A DNA stretch of 64,000 nt from Candidatus Binatia bacterium (GTDB taxonomy: Bacteria; Desulfobacterota; Binatia; HRBIN30): positions 128,001-192,000 of the forward strand of contig JBBRSP010000002.1 of NCBI GenBank assembly GCA_038245295.1. Reading direction: 5' to 3'. Positions 30,397-39,900 of this stretch are shown piece after piece. The notes beneath the pieces are model-generated. The model was given only the letters and a program-made list of their open reading frames with translations. It had not been told where the DNA came from and did no database searches. The position numbers and the translations under genes are program-made. Each line of letters begins with the position of its first letter. The stretch's first letter is position 1.

Positions 30397-30559
30397 AAGC
30401 TTGCGCCTACCCGGAACGGATGCCGATGCGCGCCGGGTCGGAGGTAGGCGCAGGTCTTCAGCCTGCGCCGTGTGGTCGAACGCAGCGCTACGCCGCAAGC
30501 TGAAGCTTGCGCCCACCCGGAACGGATGCCGATACGCGCCGGGTCGGAGGTAGGCGCAG
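30397..30559. repeat. GTAG-type REP doublets, two 57-bp units
   Basis: Units 30397-30453 and 30503-30559 differ at 2 positions; GTAGgcgcagg...cctgcgc hairpin. Confidence 0.88.
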
Positions 30560-30577
30560 CCTCGCGCTGGCGGCCTC

Positions 30578-31987
30578 CTACTCCACCCGCGGCATCAGCT
30601 GAGACGCCAAAGACTCGATCGTCTCCAGCGATACGGATTGCATCCCGCCGACGATACGCTGGCTCGAGGCATACAGACGCGCCGCCAGAGACGGCCAATC
30701 GATACCGACGAGACGGCCCTGCCGCTTGACGATTTTTCCTCCGACTAGAACCGTATCGACATCACTCGCATTGGCATTGAGGACGACGGCACCAACCGAG
30801 TCGATCGCCGGCGTCATGTGAATCGCATCGGTGCGGATCAAGACAATGTCCGCCAGCTTGCCGGGCTCGAGGGTTCCGACGCGATGCGCCAGGCCGGCGG
30901 CCTCGGCGCCACCTCGGGTCGCCAGGTCGAGGACGTTGCGGGCGGTAACGCGTATACGACGCGGCGAACGGCCGCGTTGCTCGTACTCGCGATTCTCGTT
31001 GGCCCGCGTTGCCTGCAAGCAGAGACGCATCGGCGTAAACATGTCTCCGGCGTAGTTCGACACGATGTCAACGCCGAGTGAGCTGCGCACACCGGCGTCA
31101 CGAGCCCGAACTGCCACGGGGAAGCCCATGCCCATCTGCATCTCGGTCTCCGGCGTCGACGACACGGCCGCGCCACTGTCGGCCATGGCCCGCAGCTCGT
31201 CGTCGGTCAACGACGCGCCGTGCACGAAGAGCAGATCCTCACCGAGCAAACCGTCCTTTGCCATGCGCCCTACGAAGCGTTGGCCTGAGTCGTACGCACC
31301 CATCGCCACGTGGCAAGAGATGCGCTGCGCCGACAGCTCGCGGCCCAAGCGGATCTCCGCAATATTGATGTCGTAAGGGTTGGCGTCGATCTCGGCCGGG
31401 GCAAAGCCCATCAGGATACGCGCATCATCGGATGACAGGCGGTCACGCCGGAGACGCAGCGCGTCCTGCCGGCGCCAATCCGCCGGCAACGACGATCGGC
31501 GCACGTCCTCGCGGTAGGAAGGGCTTTCGAAGAGTCCGTAACAGAAGACAGCGCGAATACCCGACTCGTCCAGGCCGCGCAGCGCTTCGTCCGTGTGCTC
31601 TGGGGTATGCAAGATGTGGCAATGATCGACGACCGTCGTGACTCCCGCGTCGAGCGCTTCGAGGGCGCCGACGTGGTTGCCGAGGAACACATCGTCGGGC
31701 TCATAGAAGGCGGAATACATCAGACGCATCTGCGTGAAGTAGTTGAACAGGCTCCAGTCGGTCGCCACCGTGCGCAGCTGTGTCTGCCAGACGTGGCGGT
31801 GGGTGTCGACGAAACCCGGCAGTACGATCATGCCGGCGGCTTCGATGATCTGAGCGTCGGCACAGGCAAGAGCCGGGGCGACTTCAACGATGCGCCCGTC
31901 GCGCACCAGCACGTCAGCGACGACTTCGTTGGCTCCCGGGAGCATGGTCAGCACGCGCCCGCCGCGGATGAGGAGTTGTTCGGTCAT
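30578..31987 (-). CDS. Amidohydrolase (metal-dependent deaminase-like)
   Basis: PGFVDTHRH, LGVD, GTLEPGKLADIVL; AAAGGAGG SD; ATGA overlap with the upstream gene. Confidence 0.88.
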   Translation of the reverse strand: MTEQLLIRGGRVLTMLPGANEVVADVLVRDGRIVEVAPALACADAQIIEAAGMIVLPGFVDTHRHVWQTQLRTVATDWSLFNYFTQMRLMYSAFYEPDDVFLGNHVGALEALDAGVTTVVDHCHILHTPEHTDEALRGLDESGIRAVFCYGLFESPSYREDVRRSSLPADWRRQDALRLRRDRLSSDDARILMGFAPAEIDANPYDINIAEIRLGRELSAQRISCHVAMGAYDSGQRFVGRMAKDGLLGEDLLFVHGASLTDDELRAMADSGAAVSSTPETEMQMGMGFPVAVRARDAGVRSSLGVDIVSNYAGDMFTPMRLCLQATRANENREYEQRGRSPRRIRVTARNVLDLATRGGAEAAGLAHRVGTLEPGKLADIVLIRTDAIHMTPAIDSVGAVVLNANASDVDTVLVGGKIVKRQGRLVGIDWPSLAARLYASSQRIVGGMQSVSLETIESLASQLMPRVE

Positions 31988-33162
31988 CGTCGGTGTTCCT
32001 CCTTTGGAAGCGAGCGCCACGCCGCGGCGGCCAGCACTGCCGTCAGGGGAAGGATGGGAAGGATGTAGCGTACTCCCGGGTGGATGGCGGCGTGAACGGC
32101 GGTGTAGGCCGTAATGAGCAAGACACAAGCGCCTGCCACGAGGCGGCTCTCGTTCGCGCCGCCCGCGCGCTTCAAGCCCAGGCCCGCCGCAACCAACAAG
32201 GCTCCATGCAATACGGCGTACAGCGCCATGCTGAGACGGCTGCGCCCGAGGTACCAGGTCAACACAAGGTTGCGTGCCCATAACCTGAGGGCTGCGGTCG
32301 GATGCGCGGAAATCCACTGGTGTGCCAGCGCCCCAGCGGTGCCAACCCGCAGCGCCGCATCGGCATCGGCAGCAATGCCGCGGGCTGCAAGCTCGGCGTC
32401 CATCTCGCGTTCGGCATCAATCACAAGATCACCCGACGGTGTTGTCCAACTGACGTGACGCGACACGTAGAGCCCCTGGTACAGTGCTCTTCCTGCCATC
32501 GAAGACGCGGCGACACTGCCGTTGGAAGCAAACTGGTAAGCGAGCCATGGCAGCAGCGCCAGCAGGGCCACGACCATCACGCGCGCCGCGGCACGCCCGC
32601 TATTGCGCCACGCGATGAGCGGCAGCAGGACGACATGAATCCACGCCACACTCTTGGTCAGCAGTAGCGCACCCCAGCTTAGACCCGCCTGTGTCCAGCG
32701 CCGCGCCACGATCACCTCGACCTGCCACAGCAACAAGAAACCATAGGGAACTTCGGTAAACGGGCGCGCCGCGTACAACAGTAGACCTGGGTGCACGGCG
32801 CAGAAGAGCGCTGCCGCTATGGCACCTGCCCGTGATGCGAGACGTGACGCCAGGCGGAAGACGATCACACACGACCAGGCGCCGAGCAGCGACTGCATGA
32901 CCTGCCACGGCCAATCGGCAGTGCCGAACACGACGCGCAACGAAGCAAGAGCCAGCGGATAGAGAGGCAATCTCTCGACAGATTCCGTACCCGCGTCGAG
33001 ACGAAACCCGTCGCCGTTCACCAGCGACGCGGCGATTTGGTCGTACCCATCGCCAGCGCCCAGGTTCAGTCCGAGATGGGGGTACACAACAGAGAAGAGC
33101 AACCGCATCCCCAGGGCAAAGACAAAGATCACCATGGGGCCGCGTTGCGTCGGATGCTGCAC
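31984..33162 (-). CDS. Integral membrane glycosyltransferase (GT-C / PMT_2, ArnT-like)
   Basis: DGYDQIA...ERLPLYP, multiple TMs, TEVPY, RYILP; start may be ATG 33135. Confidence 0.7.
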   Translation of the reverse strand: MQHPTQRGPMVIFVFALGMRLLFSVVYPHLGLNLGAGDGYDQIAASLVNGDGFRLDAGTESVERLPLYPLALASLRVVFGTADWPWQVMQSLLGAWSCVIVFRLASRLASRAGAIAAALFCAVHPGLLLYAARPFTEVPYGFLLLWQVEVIVARRWTQAGLSWGALLLTKSVAWIHVVLLPLIAWRNSGRAAARVMVVALLALLPWLAYQFASNGSVAASSMAGRALYQGLYVSRHVSWTTPSGDLVIDAEREMDAELAARGIAADADAALRVGTAGALAHQWISAHPTAALRLWARNLVLTWYLGRSRLSMALYAVLHGALLVAAGLGLKRAGGANESRLVAGACVLLITAYTAVHAAIHPGVRYILPILPLTAVLAAAAWRSLPKEEHRR

Positions 33163-33266
33163 GATGCGCTGGCTATAATGCCGCTACGTGCAATTACGCA
33201 ACGCCTGGGCAGGATCGGTGTGACTTCCCAGGCGTCACCCTTCGCTCAGGCACCCGCACCCTGCGC

Positions 33267-33296
33267 TTGAAGGGAAAACTACTATTGTATTACATT
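33267..33296 (+). promoter_or_regulatory. Putative brnT promoter with overlapping operator palindrome
   Basis: TTGAAG-N18-TACATT; TGTAtTACA palindrome at 33286-33294; ATG 6 nt downstream. Confidence 0.55.
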
Positions 33297-33302
33297 AGAT
33301 CA

Positions 33303-33569
33303 ATGCGGTTCCAATGGAACACTCGCAAGGCGACGGCCAATCTCAAGAAACACGGGGTGTCGTTCGACGACGCATCGACGGCGTTCGACGATGAGCTGGG
33401 CGCCTACTATCCCGATAGCCTTTACGAGGATCGTTTCATCTTGTTTGGGTACTCCAAAGCCCAGCGACTCCTCTACGTCGTGCATGCCGAAGTGACCCAG
33501 GAGCTGATCCGCATCATCAGCGCACGAAAGGCCACCAGACATGAAAAAGCGCGCTACGAAAACGACTGA
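33303..33569 (+). CDS. brnT: BrnT family toxin
   Basis: MRFQWNTRKATANLKKHGVSF...EDRFILFG...IRIISARKATRHE. Confidence 0.92.
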   Translation: MRFQWNTRKATANLKKHGVSFDDASTAFDDELGAYYPDSLYEDRFILFGYSKAQRLLYVVHAEVTQELIRIISARKATRHEKARYEND

Positions 33570-33876
33570 TCCTTTGGATGGCGAAGTGGACTTCGCCCGT
33601 TTCGGACCGGTGCGGCGCAACGCTTTCGCCGGCGCCGGCGAGCCCGGTGGTCCGTCCCTTCTGGCGCTCTGGGAAATGCCTCAGCTCGCAAGCAGCGCCG
33701 TGTTGCTGCGGCGTGGTCACCCGGGGAAAGGCAAGCAGCGAACAACCCAGGTACGGTCGGTGCGCTTGCCGGAGGCGCTCTGGAACGAGTTGGAGCAAGC
33801 GGCCCGTGCCAAACACCTCAACCTGCACCAGGCGATGCGGGCGGCGCTGCTGGGTTGGATTCGGCGGGCGAGTTGA
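33541..33876 (+). CDS. Putative BrnA-like antitoxin with C-terminal ribbon-helix-helix
   Basis: Overlaps the brnT end; EVDF, RRGHP, VRSVRLPEALWNELEQAA. Confidence 0.75.
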   Translation: MKKRATKTTDPLDGEVDFARFGPVRRNAFAGAGEPGGPSLLALWEMPQLASSAVLLRRGHPGKGKQRTTQVRSVRLPEALWNELEQAARAKHLNLHQAMRAALLGWIRRAS

Positions 33877-33898
33877 TCACTCCACAAAACGCGAACAG

Positions 33899-33969
33899 CC
33901 GCAGAGAAGCAGAGGCGCAGAGAAGATCCCATCCGATGGCGGGCACCTCTGCGTTTATGTCCTCTGCGG
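33899..33969. repeat. CGCAGAG / CTCTGCG inverted-repeat element between convergent genes
   Basis: ccgcagag...cgcagag ... ctctgcg...ctctgcgg. Confidence 0.7.
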
Positions 33970-33985
33970 TGAGAACGTAGGTTAG

Positions 33986-36900
33986 TCAGCTCGACGACAG
34001 TGCCTCGAAGTGTGTCACGGCCTCGTCCAGCATCTCGCGCTCCCAGACCTCGAGGCGGATCTGCTGACCAGCATCATCTAGTTCCACGAAGAACAAGAAG
34101 GGCGTTTCGAATGGCCCACCGTCGCGGCTCCCCTGCCAGGCGCACTCGAGGAGAGCCCCGCGTTCGCAGGTGCGCACGTGGTCGACACGGAAGCGCACGT
34201 CCGGCGCCAGTTCCACCAGCTCGATCAAGGTGGGCACCCAGGCGCCGGGGCCGCGCAGCGTTCCCCAGCCGACCAGACGGTTGTTCAGTGCGATCTCACT
34301 TGCCGCCGCCAGCCCTGCCATCGCGTCCCAGTCGCGCGCCGCGAATGCGCGGCGGAACTTCGCCACCCACTCCGAGGCACGCGGGTGGAGCCTCGCCTCG
34401 GCCGCTATTTCATCGAAGCGCGCCCGAGCTTCGTCGAGCTTCTCGGGCTCCCAGACGTCGACGCCCCGGGCGCGGCCGTCCGTGGCCAGCTCGACCACCG
34501 CCACGAGGAGGTTCTCGAACTCGCCGCCTTCACGCGTGCCATGCCACGCGTACTCAAGAAGCGCGCCGCCCTCGCGCGACCGGACGTGATGCACCCGCAT
34601 CTTCGTGTCCGGGGCCAACTCAATCTGAACTTTCATCGTGGCGACGAGAGCGGCCGCACCTTGTAGTGTTCCCCAACTCACCAGACGGTGACTGCGCGAC
34701 ACAAGTTCCGGCGCCATGATCGCGGTCATCGCCTCCCAGTCGCGTGCCGCGAATGCACGCTGATAGTCGGCGATCCACGCCGACGCGAACGGCTGGGCGG
34801 CCGTCTCACCCGCGAACCAGCGCCTCTCAAGCTCGACGTAGGCGGCATCGAGGTCTTCGACGTCGAAGCGTACGGAACCGACGATGAGCCCGCGCTCATC
34901 GACCTCGTTGATGATGACGAAGGCGATCTCGCTCGGGCCAACGTCGGCGTCGCTGAACTCGAAGCACGGATGTGTCAGCACCAAGCGCTCGCCGCGCGTG
35001 GCGAGCAAGCGTGACTTACAGCGGATTGTGCGCCCGTCGGCGACCTCGCGGGTGAACTCGACGTACTGACTTCGATCGAGCTCGAGCTGCACGACGCGCC
35101 GCCGGTCGGACATGCGGAAGTTCTCCGCGAATAGTCGCTCGAAGGTCTGCCAATCGTGAGCGACCATGGAGCCATTGACCGCATTCGCCATCGCGCTCGC
35201 CACGTTGGCGAAATGCACCGGCGGCGCCGCTCCTCGCAGCTCCTCGAAACGGGCGCGCGCCTGTTGGAGTTGCTGCGCGTCCTCATCGTAGATGTCGGCG
35301 CGCCCGACCTGGTTGTGCGCGTCCATCTCAAGGACCGCGTTGATCGCGATCTCGTACGGCCCGCCCTCGCGCGTGCCACTCCAGGTGCCGACGGACCAAA
35401 TTCCGTGAGCCCCGAAGCGAAGATGATCGACCCGGTAAATCGTATCGGGCGCCAGTTCGATCAAGGTGCGGAAGTTTTGCGCCCATGCCTCGGCGCTGCG
35501 CGTCGTCCCGAGCAAAGCAACCGGGCGATGGTCGTACTCGACGAAGGTCGGAGAGCACTGGGCGACCACGGGATCCCAGTCTCGCTTCGCGATTGCCGCG
35601 GCGAAGCCCCGCATCAAGACACCGTGTGCCGGGTAAGACTTACCCTCGCCTGCGTAGTAGCGCGCATCGAGTTCGGCATCGGCGGCGGCCAGATCGTCGG
35701 GGTCGTAGACAACGACCGCCGTGTGATCGCCGTGCTCGTCGACCTCGACGATCACCAACCAGTCGATCTCGCTCGGACCGATGTCGCCGTCCGCGCCGCG
35801 CCAGAGCATGCGGTGGAGCGCTAGGCGTTCACCTCGCGTGGCAAGGAGCTGTTGCAGAACCGGGCCTGACGTCAGCTCGATGATCTGGCGAAAGGAGGTG
35901 AGCCATTGTTTTGCGTCAGACTCCAGCTGCACCATCCGGCGGCGGTCGAAGTGGCGCGCGCCGGAGGCGAACAGGTTGGCGAACCCCACCCAGTCGCGTA
36001 CCCCGAGGGCGGCGGTACCGCGGTCGGCGGTGCGTGTCGCAGCGTTGGCGAAGAGCTGCGGCGGCAGTACCGGCGTCGTCAGCTCGTCGAAGCGCGCCTG
36101 TGCTTCGATGACGCGGTCGACGTCGAAGGTCTCATCGCACGCAACCAGACCGTCAACGCCAAACTTCCACAAGAGAAGGAACGAAGACTCAAAAGCCCCA
36201 CCGCTGGCGCGATCAATCCCAGACGTCGTCCAACGCAACAAAATGGCACCTGGCTCGATCGCGAGTACGTCGTCGACCCGGGTGGTCACGTTGTCGGCGA
36301 GCTCGAGCAGAGATCCGAAGCCGCGCAATAGCGTCTCGGCGCCGCGGCCGGAGGCGAAACCGACGGTGCGGTGGTCGGCAAACGCGAAGCCCGCTGCCAG
36401 CGCCGACGCGTAGCGCTCCATGTTCGGCGGCGCCGCCAGTGCCGCGATCGAACGGGCTATCGCCGCGGCGCGCTCGCGCTCCGCACCCGCCGGCGGACCG
36501 AAGCCTCCCGTGGAGGACCCGGCGGGAAGCAACTCGGCGTAACGCTCATACAAGCGCGCGATCGCGTCGCCGACACGTGTGGTGTCGAAGACCTCGGACC
36601 GCGATGCACGGCCTTGCGCGTCAACCTCGAGCAGGACCGCGGTGTCGATCGAGACGGGCCCGAACGACCCCGATCGAGTCTCGGTCCCTGCGTGGGATGC
36701 CCCGCGCCGAACCAGGGCCAGCGAATCTCCGAAAGACGCCAGGATCTCCTGGCTGACGGCGAAGTTCGTCGCCGCAAACAGGGGACGGAACCCGGCGACG
36801 AGCTGCGCCAGTCCATACACGGAGCCTGTTGGATGGTAGATGACCTCCAACCCCGGAGAGCTCGAGGCCGTCAGGGCATCGAAGTCGCGCGCCGTCATCG

Positions 36901-39900
36901 CGGCGAGGAATTGCTCGGCGTTCCGCGTCGCAGCGTTCGGGCGCACACGACGTTGCGCTGCGCTCGTCCGACCGACGGCTTTGGCGGGAGCACTCGGCAT
37001 CAACACCGGCGTCGGGTGCTGGCCGTCTCGGCGCGCGCGCTCGGCCAGCAAGGTGGCTCCCTTGGCCTCCCACAGCTCGATGGCGCGCCGCTCCTCGGCG
37101 TCCGCTTCGGCGGCGCGGCCGGTGGCGCGCAATGCCGTCGCCAGCGCCAGACGGGCGTCGGCGTGATCGAGCAACGCGTCGGTTGCGGCGGCAATCGCCA
37201 CGGCGGATTGCGCCAGCTCCACCGCAACCTTCGTCTCGCCCCGGCTTGCCAGTGCCTCGGCGCGCACGCCGCGCCAGGCAATGGCCGCCTGCAGGTCATC
37301 GCCGGCGAGCGCCTCGCTTTCCTGGCTCGATCTCTGCGCTTCCGCCACCTTACCCTGAGCCAGCTGTGCTCGTGCCAATAGCGCCCCGGCGCGCGCCGCA
37401 TCGATGCCGAGGCCGAGCTCGCGCAACCCCTCGTACGCGCCTTTCAGTTTACCCTCGGCGGCGAGGGCGTCGCCTTCGAGCAAGTCGATGCGCCCGGCAA
37501 ACACATCGGCCTCGAAGAGCCGGTGCGCGATGCCCAAGTCCTCCACCATCTTGCGCGACGACGCGATCATGCGCCGCGCCGCTTCGGTGCGGCCGCGCAA
37601 CGCTTCGAGTACTCCTTGGCAGCTCAGCGCCACGGCCTCCACGGCCGGCGCACCCTGCGTGATGCGCAGCACGCGCACGACATCGAGACAGCGGCCGCTG
37701 GCGCGGGTCACCGGACTCGGTCCCCACAGAGCCGCCAGCGGCGCACCGGCCAGCACCGCATTGGCCCGGCGTCGATCGCCCGCTTTGCGTGCCGCCGCCA
37801 AGGCCTTGTCGAGCGCCGCTTCCGACGCGCCGACCTTGCCGAGTCGCGCCAGGGCCTGAGCGTGCACCGAATGGGCTTTGGCTTCGCCGGCGTCGTCGCC
37901 CAAATTGGCCAGCTCAGCGGCCGCCGTGGCGACGGCATCGGCCGTGGCTTGCAGCTTTTGTGGCTCGGTCAGCGCCGTGAGCTGGCCCACGAAGCAGGTA
38001 TGCCAGGCGTTGAGGCGGGGGTTCAGCGATCCACGCCCGTCATTCCGGCGAAAGCCGGAATTTCCCGAGCATTCCCGGGTGGTTTCCAGTTGAGGAGATC
38101 CCGGCTTTCGCCGGGATGACGATATGGGACCTTCAGTGGTCGCGGGAGCTGGGAGAAATCTGCCCAGCTCTTCAATCGCGTTTGCCGCAGCCACGACATC
38201 CCCGGCGCTGAGCAATGCTTCGCACCAGTCGAGGGCTAGCTCGGCTCGGTTCGGGTGGTCGGGGTCGAGACGGTCGATGGCTCGGCCGAGTAGGTTTGCG
38301 GCCAGCGGCGTGTCGTCGCGCGCCAGGGCGCGTTTTCCCGCGGCGGCAAGACGCTGTGCGGCGCGTTCGCCAAGAGCCTTGCCGTTGGCGTCGAGGGGGC
38401 CCAATTCGCGGCGCAGCTGGTGCGCCTGCTCGAGGTGCCAGCCGATGGTTTCGTCGTGTTCGGCGGCGTCGCCGACTTGGGCCTCGATCCAATCCGCCAG
38501 ACGTTCGTGCAGCTCGGCGCGCGTGCCCTTGAGCAGGCGGCGATAGGCGGCGTCGCGGATCAGCACGTGATGGAAACGCAGCACCGGCTCGCCGAGAAAC
38601 CAGCCGCTGTCGGGCTCGATCAATTCGCTGCGCCGCAGCAACTCGAGTCGCGCATCGAGGTCGGCGGCATGTTGCGGCAGCAGCGCCGCCACGGCACTAC
38701 GCGAGAAGTGGCGGCCGACCACGGCGGCGCACTCCAACACGCTACGCTCCTCAGGTCTTAGGCGCTCGATGCGCGCCGCCAACAGGGCGTGGATCGTCGG
38801 CGGCATCTCCAAGGCCGCCAACCCGGCGCCGGCTGTCCAACGTTCGCCCTCTTTGGTCAGCGCGCCTTCGCGCACCAGCATGCGCACCAACTCGCCGACG
38901 AACAGCGGATTGCCTTCACTGGTGGCCAGCACCTTGGCAGCGACAGCGGCGGGCAGATCAGCGGCGCCAATCACGCTGGCGGCCAGGCGCATGGCGGCGC
39001 CGGCATCGAGGCCGCCGAGGGTGACGACGTCGGAAACGAAGCCACCCGGCGTCACCAGCGACGAGCGCAGATCACGCAGCTCCGGGCGTGCGCCGATCAG
39101 GACCAACAGCGGTACGCCGCTGCCCCACTGCACCAGATGTTCGACCAGGTCGAGCAACAACGACCCAGCCCAGTGCAGGTCGTCGATGATCAGGATGACC
39201 GGTTTGACGGCGGCAAGTCCGGTGAGCAGGCGGCGGATGACGAAGAAGGTCTCTTCGGTCGACGCCGGCTTGCCGGCGAGCAACGCGCTGATGCCCTTTA
39301 CGATGCGGGCTCGCTCGACCTCATCGCCCGGTGCGGCGGCAGCGAGCGCCGCATTCTGTGTCGGGCTGTCACTGCCGAGGAATTCACGCAGCGCCGCGGC
39401 GATCGGCGCGAACGTGGCGCCGCCGGCGGCGTCGCATTGCGCGGTCAGCACACTCACCGTATTTTCGTGTCGTTCGACAAACTCGTCGATCAGTCGCGAC
39501 TTCCCCAGCCCCGGTGAGCCAAGCAAAACGGCGAGCCGTGCCGCCGGCTTCGCCACGGCGGCGTCGTAGACGGCATTGATGCGCCCCAGCTCCTCGGCAC
39601 GCCCGACGAAAGCGGCGGTCGCGGCGCCCACCGGACGCTTGAGCGACACAACGCGGTAGCCTTTGACGGTCTCGGCGCGCCCCTTGAGCGTCAGGCTGCC
39701 AAGCGGCTCCAGGGTCACCAGTGACGCCACCAGTCGATGCGTCGCCTCGCCGATCACCACCTCACCGTCGCGCGCCTCTTGCTGCAAGCGAGCGGCGACA
39801 TTGACCGGATCACCGACGATGTCGGTGTTGTCGGCACTGACGACAACTTCACCCGTATTGATGCCGACGCGCAGGCCGATCTCACCGACGGCCGCGAGAC

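Noticed and set aside
30397..30559. CRISPR-like repeat-spacer pattern
   Set aside because: Only two 57-bp units, dispersed copies elsewhere and no cas genes; fits REP doublets
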